A DNA stretch of 64,000 bases from Centroscyllium fabricii (lineage: Eukaryota), in the NCBI GenBank assembly GCA_051313645.2, contig JBNRSN020000013.1, positions 92,628,001 to 92,692,000 on the forward strand, given 5' to 3'. Each line of letters starts with the position of its first letter. Within the stretch, counting starts at the first letter, position 1. Positions 37,301 to 50,023 of this stretch are shown here, in pieces. The notes beneath the pieces were generated by a model. The model searched no databases. It saw nothing but the letters and a program-made list of their open reading frames with translations, and was not told where the DNA came from. The translations under genes were made by a program, and so were the position numbers.

Positions 37301-38234
37301 ATTCGCGGACGACACCAAACTAGGAGGGGGGGCAGGCTCTGAAGAGGGTGTCAGGAAGTTACAGGGCGATTTGGATAAGTTGGGGGACTGGGCAGATAGA
37401 TGGCAGATGCACTATAATGTGGATAAATGTGAGGTTATCCACTTTGGGGGCAAAAACAGGAGGGCAGATTACTACTTAAATGGCAATAGATTGGGAGATG
37501 GGGAGGTGCAGAGAGACCTGGGTGTTCTTGTACACCAGTCGCTGAAGGCGAGCACGCAGGTGCAGCAGGCGGTTGGGAAGGCAAATGGTATGTTGGCCTT
37601 CATATCAAGAGGGTTCGAGTATCGGAATAAGGATACCTTACTGCAGCTGTACAAGGCACTGGTGAGACCACACCTCGAGTATTGTGTACAGTTCTGGTCG
37701 CCTCGCCTGAGGAAGGATGTTCTTGCCATGGAAGGAGTGCAGCGGCGTTTCACCAGGCTGATTCCTGGAATGGCAGGAATGACCTACGAGGAGAGATTGT
37801 GTAGTCTGGGCTTGTACTCGTTGGAGTTTAGAAGATTGAGAGGCGATCTCATTGAGACGTATAAAATTCTGAAAGGTCTGGACAGGCTAGATTCAGAGAG
37901 AATGTTTCCAATGGCGGGGGAGTCCAGAACCAGGGGCCACAGTCTAAGGATAAGGGGTAAACCATTTAGGACAGACATGAGGAAGAATTTCTTCACTCAG
38001 AGAGTGGTGGGCCTGTGGAATTCCCTGCCACAGAGGGCGGTGGAGGCCAGTTCATTAAACATATTCAAGAGGGAATTGGATATATTTCTTCAAGCTAAAG
38101 GGATTAAAGGTTATGGAGAAAAGGCGGGGACGGGGTACTAGCTTGCTAAAGATCAGCCATGATCTCATTGAATGGCGGAGCAGGCTCGAAGGGCTGAATG
38201 GCCTACTCCTGCTCCTATCTTCTATGATTCTATG
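34338..38234 (+). mobile_element. Young, 5'-truncated CR1 LINE (E3) with intact ORF2
   Basis: ORF1 remnant to 35190, ORF2 to 38141, tail TTCTATGATTCTATG. TGGTA occurs at both junctions (34333-34337, 38233-38237). Confidence 0.95.
35181..38141 (+). CDS. CR1 ORF2: intact APE endonuclease + reverse transcriptase; frame open from the ORF1 stop region
   Basis: 959-aa track ORF from GTG at 35262. The frame is open from at least TTT AAA at 35181. LYLNARS, ITETW, GDFN, SDH and FADD are present. Confidence 0.95.
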   Translation, partial: FKLTWQGVGIGSGKEGGHRKPETNGRKVRNNKQGRETQRAKQIHNSVIKTSLKALYLNARSIRNKVDELAVEIEVSKYELIGITETWLQGGQGWELNIPGYTTFRKDRHKRKGDGVALLVKEGINAIEKKDINSDDTESIWVELRNSKGRKTLVGVIYRPPNSNMEVGDGIKREIREACDKGTAVIMGDFNLHIDWTSQVSKNSEEEEFLECLRDGYLDQYVEEPTRDQAILDWVLCNEKGLINNLVVRGPLGRSDHNMIEFSVEMESEKINSETKVLNLNKGNYDGMRRELSKIDWAVFLGGLNVDRQWQAFKYRMEEIQNSFIPVWHKNKPRKVTQPWITREIRDNIKSKKWAYQLAKKSTRPEDWEQFRIQQRKTKGLIRRGKIDYECKLAANIKTDCKSFYRYIKRKRLVKSQVGPLQSDSGEYIMGNKEMADQLNSYFGTVFTKEDTSNLPGIAANIGSKAREELADIIISREMVLGKLKGLKADKSPGPDNLHPRVLKEVAPEIEGALRIIFQNSIDSGSVPTDWRVANVTPLFKKGGREKAGNYRPVSLTSVVGKMLESIIKDVISEHLTSRDEIGQSQHGFTKGKSCLTNLLEFFEEVTRKIDGGEPVDVVYLDFQKAFDKVPHKRLACKIKAHGIGGKVLMWIENWLADRKQRVGINGSFSEWQSVTSGVPQGSVLGPQLFTIYINDLDQGIECNISKFADDTKLGGGAGSEEGVRKLQGDLDKLGDWADRWQMHYNVDKCEVIHFGGKNRRADYYLNGNRLGDGEVQRDLGVLVHQSLKASTQVQQAVGKANGMLAFISRGFEYRNKDTLLQLYKALVRPHLEYCVQFWSPRLRKDVLAMEGVQRRFTRLIPGMAGMTYEERLCSLGLYSLEFRRLRGDLIETYKILKGLDRLDSERMFPMAGESRTRGHSLRIRGKPFRTDMRKNFFTQRVVGLWNSLPQRAVEASSLNIFKRELDIFLQAKGIKGYGEKAGTGY

Positions 38235-38789
38235 GTAGAAGGATTAGAGGGGAGTTGAGGAGAGTTCCTTTCACCCAGAAGGTGGTGGGGGTCTGGAACT
38301 CACTACCCGAAAGGTTGGTAGAGGCAGAAACCCTCATTGCATTTAAAAAGTACTTGTATATGCACTTTAAGTGCCCTAACCTACAAGGCTACGGCCCAAG
38401 AGCTGAAAAGTGGGATTACGCTGGATAGCTCTTTTTCAGCCGGCAGACACAAGGGCTGAATGACCTCCTTCTGCGCCATGAATTTCTATGATTCTATGAT
38501 TGATGCCGTTTAGCTAATTTCCAAGTAGTTACAACACAGATCCACAATCGCAAATCTTCATCTGAAAACAAGGTACCAAATAAGTTATTATTCTAAAATT
38601 GTGTTCATTGTTTGAGCGCATACTCTCTCAGTCATGCTGTTAAATAATGGAAGGGGCTACCTGCATTGCCTCCATTAATTTCAAATGGAGACAGCATTTC
38701 AAACCAGCCTGGAAGCCTATCCAGAGTTGCCAGGCTGGTAAATGCTCTGCCAGTTGATTATGCAGCAGTACCCAGGGGATGCCAGAGGA

Positions 38790-39232
38790 TCTCAGACGCT
38801 CAGGCCAACATTCCCAGCATCGAAGCTTCGACCACGCTCAATCAGCTTCGATGGACGGGTCACAAGGCACGGCAAGAGTCCCCCAGGTGGACAGAGGAAA
38901 TGCTTCAAGGACATCCTCAAAACCTCCCTGAAAAAGTGCAACACCCCCATCGACACCTGGGAATCCCTGGTCCAAGACTGCACAAAGTGGAGGAGAAGCA
39001 TTCGGGAAGGTGCCGAACACAGAGTCTGTTCGCCGAGAGCAAACGGAAGCCAAGCGCAGGCAGCGCAAATCAACCCAAGCACCCCACCCACCTGCCCCTT
39101 CAACCACCATCTGCCCCACCTGTGACAGAAACTGTAGATCCCGCATTGGACTCATCAGTCACCTGCGAACTCATTTTTAATGCGGAAGCAAGTCATCCTC
39201 GGTTCCGAGGGACTGCCTAAGAAGGAGAAGAA
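38790..39232 (+). mobile_element. RTE-type LINE 3' fragment
   Basis: QLRWTGH, GGQRKCFKDILKTSLKKC, C-terminal CPTCDRNCRSRIGLISHLRTH, short AAG-rich tail. Confidence 0.8.
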
Positions 39233-39344
39233 CCACCCAGCTACTAAGATGTTTTGGATCAGCAGCTCTAGATCGATTCCCAGGCCACACTGAAGTACTT
39301 CCCCCATTGAATTGAATTGAGTCAGTTGGCTCCTCCCTGCAATT

Positions 39345-40092
39345 GGTCTTGGGTATACAGGGCACAATTGCAAAGTTTGCAGATGACACGAAACATGGAA
39401 GTGTAGTAAACAGTGAGGAAGATAGTAATAGACTTCAAGAGCACAGACAGTCTGGTGGAATGGGCAGACACGTGGCAGATGAAACTCAACGCAGAAAAGT
39501 GTGAGGGGCTATATTTTGGTAGGAAGAACGAGGAGACACATACAAGCTAACTGGTACAATTTTAAAGAGGGTGCAAGAAGAGACAGACCTGGGGCTGTGC
39601 TTGTGCACAAATATTTGAAGGTGGCAGGATAGGTTAGCAAAGCATAAGGGATCCTGGGCTTTATAAATAGAGGGCAGTAGGGAGGGCGGGGAGAAAGAAA
39701 GAAAGAAAGAGAGGGCGGGGAGTAGGGGTTTAATATCATTTAGAGTTTAGATAGAGTAAATAAAGATAAACTGTGTCCAATGGCTGATGGGTCGATAACC
39801 AAAGGGCACAGATTTAAGGGGATTGGCAAAAGAACCAGAGGCAACACGAAAAAAGAAATTATGCAATGGGTAGTTAATATTTGGAATGTACTGTCTGGTA
39901 GGGTGGTGGATACAGATTCAATAATAGCCCTCAAAACGGAATGGGATAAATACTTGAAGGAAAAAAAATTGCAGGGATATGGGGAAAGAGCGGGGAGAGT
40001 GGGACTAACCGGAATTGCTCTTCGAAAGAGCCGGCGCAGACTCGATGGGCTGAATGGCCTCTTTCTGTGCTGTACTATTCTATAATTCTTAT
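39345..40092 (+). mobile_element. Decayed CR1 3' fragment
   Basis: KFADDTK, WQMKLNAEKCE, TKGHRFK, VNIWNVL. Confidence 0.8.
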
Positions 40093-40738
40093 TATCCGCC
40101 ATTTACTCCCTATACTGGACTTGTGCAAATATAGATCCATGCCAGAAGTGAAATCCCCAAAGTGTGGAAAATTGGGTCAGCACCAGAACTAAAATGTATT
40201 AAGTCCACACACTGAGATTAGCACCATCAATTCTACAGCAAGAGCCTTGTATCACTACAAATGAACTCTCATCTTGGATCATATTGTCCACCTGCTAAAG
40301 GGAAGTCCCTCTAGAACATAAATTAAAACTTTTTTTTTTTAAACCTGCACTATTGCATCCCTTATAAACTGACTGCTTGCTCCTGGAGAAGCAAATTTAC
40401 AGCTCAGCCTTTTAAAAAAAAGTGAGCAGGGTTCTTGCGTAACAAAACTAGATTGTTTATTGCCCTTAACATTCCAGATTAACATTAAATGCCCTGACTG
40501 CTACCTACCATAGCTTTCTCGTTCAAGTTCATTGGAACAGTCACCCATTTAACTCCACCCTCACCATTACCCACTCATCCAGTTAGTAGCAATGCACGGT
40601 GAAGCAAGTGGTGTCTCATCCCACAGGCTCCTTGAACTGACACACCCAAGAATGAATCAGTTTCAAATAGTTGTAGAGTGGGGTGTGATTTAATTAGTTT
40701 CTGCAACACAGGAAATACATAGCAATCATGACGAAGGA

Positions 40739-41463
<725 letters not shown>

Positions 41464-42048
41464 TCAAATTGATTTATAACAGCTCTAAATTAATATAAAT
41501 TTGGCAATTTTCAACACGCATTTCTACTACATACAGCATGGAAACAATCAGAATGGTTGTAGCATGGAAGGTGGCCATTCAAGCCCATGCCGACTCTCTG
41601 CAAGAGCACTTCAGCTGGTCCCACTGCCCCACCCTTTCCCCGTAACCCTGCAAATTTCTTTGCTTCAGATACTTATACAACTCCCGTTTGAAAGCAGTGA
41701 TTGAGTCTGCCTCCACCACCCTTTCAGGCAGTGCATTCCAGATCCTAGCCACTCGCTGCGTAAAAATGTTTTTTTCTTAAACCTGTGTCCTCTGGTTCTC
41801 GACCCTTCTGCCAATGGGAACAGTTTCCCTCTATCGACTCTGTCCAGACCCCTCCTGATTTTGAATACCTCGATCAAATCTCCTCGTAATCTTCTCTGCT
41901 CTAAAGGAGAACAACCCCAGCTTCTCCAGACTATCAATGTAAGTGAAGTCCCTCATTCCTGGAATCATGTTTGCAAATCTTTTCTGCACCTTCTCGAAGG
42001 CCTTCACATCCTTCCTAAAGTGTGGTGCCCAAAATTGGGAACAATAAT

Positions 42049-42419
42049 CCATAGAAAATAGAAGATAGGAGCAGGAGTAGGCCATTCGGCCCTTCGAGCC
42101 TGCCCCGCCATTCAATGAGATCATGGCTGATCATCCAAACCCAGTCCCAGCCTTGTCCCCATATCGCTCTCGAGCCTGCACCGACACATATCCCACCCTC
42201 TCCCCGCAACCCCACATATTCAATCCCCCTAACACTAAGGGTCAATTTATCATGGCCAATCAACCTAACCCGCACATCTTTGGACTGTGGGAGGAAACCG
42301 GAGGAAACCCACGCAGACACGGGGAGAATGTGAAAACTCCACACAGATAGTACCCAAGGCTGGATTTGAACCCGGGTCTCCAGTGCTGTAAGGCAACAGT
42401 GCTAACCACCGTGCCGCCC
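42049..42419 (-). mobile_element. V-SINE
   Basis: Same head, V-domain and tail as 9830-10234. Confidence 0.9.
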
Positions 42420-43013
42420 TAGTTGGGGCTGAACTAGTGGTTTATACAGGATCATCATAATTTCCACACTTTTGTACTCTATACCTCTATTTATGAATCC
42501 CAGGGTCCTGTAAGCCTTTTAAAACTGCTTTCTCAACCTGCCCTGCCACCTTCAATGATTTGTGCACATATACCCCCAGGTCTCTCTGTTTGTGCACCCC
42601 CTTTAGGATTGTACCATTTAGCTTATATGTCCTCTCCTCATTCTTTCTGCCAAAATGTATCACTTCACACTTTTCTGCGTTAAATTTCATCTGCCACGTG
42701 TCCGCCCATTTCACCAGTCTGTCTATGTCTTCCTGAAGTCCATCACTCTCCTCCTCACTGGTCACTATACTTCCAAGTTTTCTGTCCTCTGTAAATTTGG
42801 AAATTGTGCCCTGTACACCCACACATCCAAGACATTAATATATATCAAGAAAAGCAGTGATCTTAGAACTGAGCCCTGGGGAACACCAATGTATACCTTC
42901 CTCCAGTCCGAAAAACAACCAACCATTCACCACTACTCTCTGTTTCCTATCACTTAGCCAATTCTGTATCCATGCTGTCACTGTCCCTTTTATTCCATGG
43001 GCTTCAACTTTGT

Positions 43014-43131
43014 GTGTGATCTTTGACTTCAGTTTCTCTTTGCCTGACGAAGGGGCAGACGCTCCGAAAGCTTGTGATTTAAAATAAAACGTTGGACTTT
43101 AAACCTGGTGTGTGACTTTTTGCATTTGTTC
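43014..43131 (+). mobile_element. Penelope-like terminal fragment with hammerhead motif
   Basis: CTGACGAAGGGGCAGACGCTCCGAAAGCTTGTGATTTAAAATAAAACGTTGGAC, homologous to 60852-60940. Confidence 0.7.
43040..43077 (+). ncRNA. Minimal type I hammerhead ribozyme motif
   Basis: UUGC-CUGACGA-A-GGGGC(AGAC)GCUCC-GAAA-GCUU-GUGA; stems retained through G-U pairs. Confidence 0.6.
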
Positions 43132-43593
43132 AACTTTGTTGGCAAGCCTATTATGTGGCACTTGGTCAGATGCCTTTTGGAAATCCATGTACATACCGCA
43201 TTGCCCTCATCAACCCTCTCTGTTACCTCATCAAAGAATTCAATCAAGTTAGTTAAACACTATTTGCCTTTAACAAATCCGTGCTGGCTTTCCTTCATTA
43301 ATCCACGCTTATCCAAGTGACTGTTAATTTTGTCCCTGATTACTGTTTCTAAAAGCTTCCCCAGTACTCAGGTCAAAATGACTGGCTTGTAGTTGCTGGG
43401 CTTATCCTTGCACCTTTTTTGGAACAACGGTGTAACATTTGCAATTCTCCAGTCCTACGGCACCACCCCTGTATCTAAGGAGGATTAGAATATTATGGCC
43501 AGTGCCTCCGCGACTTCCTCCCTCAATTCCCTCCGCATCCGAGGATGCATCTCATCTGCTCCTGGTGATTTATCTATTTTAAGTACAGCCAGC

Positions 43594-44135
43594 TGTACTT
43601 ACTCTTGCTGCAGCTCTACAGGACCTTGGTGGGACCACACCTCGAGTAGTGTGTGCAGTTTTGGTCGCCTCATCTGAGGAAGGACGTTCTTGCCATTGAA
43701 GGAGTGCAGCGAAGATTCACCAGGCTGATACCTGGGATGGCAGGAATGACGTATGGGGAGAGATTGAGTCGATTGGGCTTATACTCACTGGAGTTCAGAT
43801 GATTGAGAGGGGATCTCATCAAAACCTATAAAATTCCGTCAGGCCTGGACAGACTGGAGGCAGGAATGATGTTCCCGATGGTCGGGGAGTCCAGAATCAG
43901 GGGCCATAGTCTAAGGATAAGGGATAAGCCATTTAGGACTGAGATGAGGGGCAATTTCTTCACCCAGAGAGTGGTGAACCTGTGGAATTCTCTGCCACAG
44001 AGGGCGGTGGAGGCCGGTTCATTAAATATATTCAAGAAGGAGTTGGATATATTTCTTCAGGCTGAAGGGATCAAGGGATATGGGGAGAAGGCGGGTACTG
44101 AATCTGAAAGATCAGCCATGATCTCATTGAATGGC
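43594..44135 (+). mobile_element. CR1 3' fragment (E1/E3-like)
   Basis: RGDLIKTYKI...FFTQRVVNLWNSLPQ...GYGEKAG. Confidence 0.9.
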
Positions 44136-44151
44136 TGATCTTTCAGATTCA

Positions 44152-44615
44152 GGGCGGCACGGTGGCATAGTGGTTAGCACTGTTGCCTCACAGCACTGGA
44201 GACCCGGGTTCAAATCCAGCCTCGGGTACTATCTGTGTGGAGTTTGCACATTCTCCCCGTATCTGCGTGGGTTTCCTCCGGGTGCTCCGGTTTCCTCCCA
44301 CAGTCCAAAGATGTGCGGGTTAGGTTGATTGGCCAGGATAAATTGACCCTTAGTGTTAGGGGGATTGAACATGTGGGGTTACATGGATAGGGTGGGATAT
44401 GTGTTGGTGCAGGCTCGATAGGGATAGAGGGATATGGGGAGAGGGCAGGGACAGGGTGCTGAGTTTGGATGATCAGCCATGATCTCATTGAATGGCGGAG
44501 CAGGCTCGAAGGGCCAAATGGCCTACTCCTGCTCCTATCTTCTATGTTTCTATGGCGGAGCAGGCTCGAAGGGCCGAATGGCCTACTCCTGCTCCTATCT
44601 TATGTTTCTATGTTT
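44152..44615 (+). mobile_element. Full-length V-SINE with duplicated 3' tail
   Basis: GGGCGGCACGGTGGCATAGTGG head, V-domain, two tandem copies of ATGGCGGAGCAGGCTCGAAGGGCC...CTATGTTTC. Confidence 0.92.
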
Positions 44616-45815
44616 CAGCCTTTCTAATACCTTCTCTATCAATTTTTATCCCATCAAGTACCTCCTCCTTCACCATGTCTATGGCAGCATCTTCTTCCTT
44701 GTTGAAGACAGATGCAAAGTACTTGTTTAGTGCCTCAGCCATACCCTCTGCCTCCATGAATAGGTCTCCATTTTGGCCCCACCCCTTCTTTTACTATTCA
44801 TATGCCTATAGAAGACTTTTGGATTCCCTTTCATGCTGGCTGCTATTCTATTCTCATACCCTCTCTTTGCCCCTCTTATTTTCTTTTTCACTTCTCCTCT
44901 GACCTTGTGAAATATTGTGAATAATTGTGAAATATTAAGATTTTGGGGCTCACGGTCTCTTCAATTTCACCAATGTTCCAAATACACAACTTTTAAACTG
45001 ATATATTATTTTTATATTGAGGTTGCTGCAATGTGAACACATTTTTGTACACCAGGTGGCATAAGAAGCTGCAGGTGGCTACCGGAACAGCAAGACAGAA
45101 ATGAGTTGTCAATGGCCAAGTCTGAAATTTTCAGACTGCGGCGTGTTCAAACATTGGTTGTGGCAAATTATGGGTAACGTCTGCATTTGAACTTTTGCAG
45201 TGTGTTTTTCTTCAGGCAAAAGCAATAATATGCGCTGCTGTTTTCCACAGTCTCCTTGAATTGATACAAAATCTGGACATTTGAAGCTTGAGAAAATGAT
45301 GCCCTTTTATGAAAGTGACTTGTTCAATTTAACCAAATCATTGCTGCAAAGGCAATGGGAAAAAAGATATATAGGAATCTGTGGAGGATCTTATTTTGCA
45401 TAGCGACCCTGTTCCAATTGAAGGTATCTACCACCTTGTTTCTTACTCTGCTTGATGTTTGGCTGACAATTTCACCAGTGTATCCCAGTCCTTTATCTAC
45501 AGAGAATCAAGGCATATGGCTTTGGACTGAGCACCATCTGCGCTTGTGTATTGGACTATTATTGAGTTGTCAGGTCCTACTTATATTTCCTATATAGAAA
45601 ATAGACAACATTTGCCACAAATTGGAGAAAATCTAATGGCACACCTCCAAACAAGAGATCAAGAGCAGATTCCCTGGATGATTTTCCCTTCACTCACATA
45701 CTGCAGCAAATTCTAATAACATTTAGAGGTACAACAAATGTGAAAGATGGAAATTGCAAGTCAGCTTCTAAAGAGGGAAGTAATGTGGTTCAAGTGTAGG
45801 TAGGATAACCAACTG

Positions 45816-47420
45816 TGCTAATTAAGTTGAACAATGTCAGTGTTATGGAATGGAACATTTTCCACTTTTTCTATTGGGCAGTAATAGGTTAGTTAAAACA
45901 TTGGATAGATGCACGATAAAGCGCGCTCTCCAGTGCTGCAATAGTATCTCAAACCAACAGAATGTGGAGAGGACAGGTTCCTAAACTGTTTTTAAGTTTT
46001 GCTGCAATGAACTTTGAATAATTATGCAACCCTCTACATAAAGGGTCTCAGACGCAGAAATAAATCAGGACCACAATGTAAAGACGTTGGGCCAGTATTT
46101 CCGATCGCTATTTATGATTTGGAGCTCGGGTGTAAGCGCATCCGAGCTCCAAATCGCATGAAGCAGCCGTTTGCAGCTGCCCATGCATTTCCGAAGGCGG
46201 CCAGCGGGGGGGGTTTGAGCTGAGCTGCTGCATTGATTATCGCACGAACCTGCGCACCAGGAGGTGCGCAGTGAATTTCCGGTTTTATTTAAGGATTTTC
46301 ATCGGGGTAAGTATTGAAGATTCTACGCTTGAAAATACCAGTCGTAAGCACCCGTTTTTAGCAGGTAAGTCTTTATTTTATTGATTTTAAGTGTTGTTCT
46401 TTCAGGTTTATAATTTTTGTTAACTTTAAAGACAGGTAAGTATTCTTTTAGGCCTGCTAAAGAGTGTAAAAAAAAAAAATCTAAATTTTTATTTTTTCTT
46501 TAAAATAGGTAATTTATGTTAGTTGGAGTACTGTTAAAAAATGTGGTGTTTTTAAAATTTTATTTGAGTTTAGATGGGTTTTGTAAGATCTCTCTTTTCA
46601 AAAGTTACAGCGATTTCTCCGTGTAAGTTTTGAATGGAGGATTGCTTCCATTGATTGGCTCCCTGCCGATCACGTGATCTCGTGGGAGATTTCGAACTAA
46701 TTACGCCGTTCATTTGCACAAGCAGCTCGCACAGAGCTCTGACAAGCTGTACGACTCGGAAGGTCACAGTGCAAAAATTCAAAATGGAAAAAGTGCTGGG
46801 TAAGTGCAAATAGGAGCACTGCACTCGCACAAAGGCTCCAGGGCTAATTTCTGGCCCAATAACTGGTCTGCAGATCAACCTCTACTGTCAACAGGCGATG
46901 TGATGGTGTGGGGGGGTGGGGGGGGGGGGAAAGAGAAAAGAGTATAGGAAAAAGTAAGAAAATATCACTGGATACAAACCTAAAGCAATGCGATTTACAA
47001 TGAAATTAAGTAAAAAATACTACGGAAGGCAACTTTGGCATTTAGGTACTAATACTTTGTGGTAAAGTGTCGGTCATTGTTTGTATTTAAAATTTCCCAG
47101 GATTCTGGGTTTGAATTCATTCACCAAAAGTGCAATAGCTCAAACAAAAGGTATACATCCATTTCAGTTTTGACATATGATGAAAAATGTGAGCATAATT
47201 TAACAAAGTCACCATCTGCTCACTATTTAGCCTGTTGGATATGTCATTACGTGGAGAGGGAGGGAACTCTTCGGAGAGTTGGTTTAAGATACTATTGCAG
47301 CACTGGAGAGCGCGCTTTATCGTGCATCTATCCAACGTTTTAACTAACCTATTACTGCCCAGTAGAAAAAGTAGAAAATGTTCCATCCCATCGCACTGAC
47401 ATTCTTCAACTTAATTAGCA
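45816..47420. mobile_element. Element bounded by ~143-bp inverted repeats
   Basis: 45816-45958 is a close reverse complement of 47278-47420. Confidence 0.75.
46089..46857. mobile_element. Possible MITE with GGGCCAG termini
   Basis: GGGCCAGTATTT / AATTTCTGGCCC ends and a CpG-rich interior; no convincing TSD. Confidence 0.5.
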
Positions 47421-47599
47421 GAGAATTCAGCTTGAAAAAGAAACAAATGCTGTAAATGACATTTTCTCCCTTATACAGTTTTAATCAGTTTATGCTAGAA
47501 GTTATAAAATATGTATTGTGGCTATTCTTGGTAAGAGGAATAAGGAGGCCATATACTCCTTGGAAGAGAGAGTCTAACTGGGGTGAAGGCGCAAAGGGA

Positions 47600-48270
47600 T
47601 CTCGGGCTAAAGATTCACAAATCATTAAAAGTAGATTGCAGGTTAACAAATCCATAAAAAAATGCAAACAAAGAACTGGGGTTCATTTCTCGAGGAATAA
47701 CATTGAAAAGCAGAGAGGTTGTGTTAAACTTGTATATAACCGTGTTTCGACCACACTTAGAATGTTGTGCACAGTTCTGGTCTCCATAATTACAAAAAAG
47801 ATATAGAGGCACTGGGGAAGCTGCAAAAAAGATTTAAAAGGATGATACCAGAACGTAGAGGTTATAACTATCCAGAAAGACTGAACAGGCTGGGGCTCTT
47901 TTCTCTAGAAAAGGGAAGGCTGCGGGGTGACCTGATAGAGGTCTTTAAAAATCATGAAGGGGTTTGATAGGGTAGACGCAGAGATGTTTCCACTTGGGGA
48001 GTCCAGAACTCGGAGTCATAAAGAGAAAACAGTCACTAATAAATCCAGTGAGGAATTTGGGAGAAACTTTACCCAGGGAGTGGTTAGAAGGTGGAACTTG
48101 CTGCCACGTGGACTAGTTGAGGCAAATAGCATAGATACATTTAAGGGGGTGCTAGAGAGAAAAAGGTTAGATGTAGAGTGGGAGGAGGCTCGTGTGGAGC
48201 ATAAGCACTGGCATAGACCACTTGGGCTAAATGGCCTGATTCTGTGCTGTAAATTCTACGTAATTCTATA
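47600..48270 (+). mobile_element. Decayed CR1 3' fragment
   Basis: RLNRLGLFSLEKGRLRGDLIEVFK and TQGVVRRWNLLP. Confidence 0.8.
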
Positions 48271-48948
48271 TATCGCATAAATCTAGCCAATAAGCCAAGC
48301 AATTTTTAAAGAGAAAATAGAACTCCACAGTAAAGTTATTAATCAAGTTACTCACTTTTCTTTCAAGTGCTAGACATTTCTAATTCCCTTGATCAGAGAC
48401 CTCTAGTTTTGTGCCTTCAGTCTTAGAGAAAGTTGTTCTCCCTCCTCACTCCCTTCCCTTTTGCCTTCCTTCACCTTTCTGAACGCATTGCTTCACACTC
48501 AGATACAGTTATATCGGTGCCAGTAGCTCGCCACCACTTTACCCTGGTGTTCATTTTTATGTCTGAGCCTAGACACTGAATATCAACAGGTGATTGGATT
48601 CTGTATGTTTGGGGTAGGGGGAGAAGGAGAAGGGCATTACAGCCAGGCCTAATCAGGTGTAGATTTCACTTTGAACATGTATATTTTTCAGAAGGAATCA
48701 CTGGATAGCAAACCAGCAGGGAATCTGGTCTAGTGAAATGGTGGGGCTGGATCTGCAGAGATCAGCCAACAGCATAACCTTGAAAATGAGCCTTCCATCA
48801 GTGATATACTCCCCAATGCATTTACTTGTTAAGCATCAGGGAGCTTAATGTTAAATAAAAGCTAGGGCTTCCTTTGCCTCCTCCCCAAAATCCCCCACCC
48901 ACCATTTGTTAAGGACTGGAGTACAACAAAAAGCATTTCTAGCACTCA

Positions 48949-49080
<132 letters not shown>

Positions 49081-49180
49081 CTACAAAAAGAAAAATCATT
49101 TTTCATAAATTATTAGAACAGAGTTCTCTAGTTTTTACTGCACTAGTTAGAAAAAGAATGAATTGCATTTATGCAGCATA

Positions 49181-50023
49181 CAGGAAACTCTCGTTTAAAT
49201 GGCACCTAAATATCCGGAATTCTCTATTAACTGGCAAATTCTCACTTCGAAAATACAGGTTGAGCACCGGTAATCCGGCACCTGATGTCCGGCAGCTTCA
49301 GTGGTCCGGCACAATTGGAAACCGGCGCTCTTCATTTTGCGGAGCAGCCGCTCGGCGGCGCCACCATTTCCCGCGAAGGGTGAGCGAGGGCCGGTAGGGC
49401 GTTTGGGTTTCTGGTTTTTTTAAGGTTTTGTAAGTGTTCTATCCCCAGGCTCCTTCCCGGGGAGCATTCTACCCGCGCGCTCCGGGCCCCGGGGAGTGTT
49501 TTACCGCGCGCTCCCCCCGAACCTTCAGTGGTTTGGAATTTTCAGTGGTCCGGCACCGGCCTTGGTCGAGGGTGCCGGATTAACGGTGCTCAACCTGTAC
49601 CTCAATAACCAGCAATCTTGCCGAGTCAGAGTCCCCCGCGGTGGCCGAGTTTGTCAGTGGGGGTAGTTCTCCAAACTGCCACTACTCGGCTTCTTGGCGC
49701 TGTTGGAAGTCCGAACACCTCAATCCCCCTGTAACAGGAGTCTGACTGTCCTGCCCTGCCGGTAGTCTCTTCTGATCTGCCATTTTACAGGGGTACTGTG
49801 TGTCTCCCACGCTACTGGTAGTCATTGCATTTCATTATCAAGGGGCAATACTGTACTTAACACAACATTCTGTAGGTGAGTACCCAATTACTGTATGCTG
49901 CACATTTCTTAATTAAAAAAAAAATTTCTTTGTTAAAAATAGCCTCATAGATAACCCTCTCCGTCATCCGGTATTTTTGATCAACCGGCAACACGCCGGT
50001 CCCGGATATCAAAGAGTTTCCTG
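49181..50023. mobile_element. Tc1/mariner-type non-autonomous element 100 bp from the exon 5 acceptor
   Basis: TA|CAGGAAACTCT ... AGAGTTTCCTG|TA. Confidence 0.85.
49256..49597. mobile_element. Tigger-like MITE nested in 49181-50023
   Basis: 27-bp TIR CAGGTTGAGCACCG(G/T)TAATCCGGCACC; TA on both sides. Confidence 0.92.

Larger units (their letters stand above)
25150..38500 (+). mobile_element. Old CR1 LINE (E4) hosting several nested insertions
   Basis: Host pieces at about 25150-26911, 29716-30236, 30465-30776, 34208-34337 and 38235-38500 are collinear with a CR1. The RT core between 30776 and 34208 is missing. Confidence 0.8.
41530..44900 (-). mobile_element. Decayed CR1 ORF2 fragment carrying SINE, Penelope-like and CR1/SINE insertions
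   Basis: Pieces IEFFDEVTERVD, WQMKFNAEKCEVIHFG, QFWAPHFRKD, RLRGDLIEVFK. Confidence 0.8.

Noticed and set aside
38023-38030. CCCTGCCA complementary to the TGGCAGGG after the slippery site, as a long-range stimulator
   Set aside because: Only 8 bp, explained by the WNSLP codons, and not kept in E2.
44152-44225. tRNA gene
   Set aside because: The A/B boxes belong to the V-SINE head and run straight into the V-domain.
44905-45400. Possible decayed transposase fragment
   Set aside because: No diagnostic motif or termini I could support.
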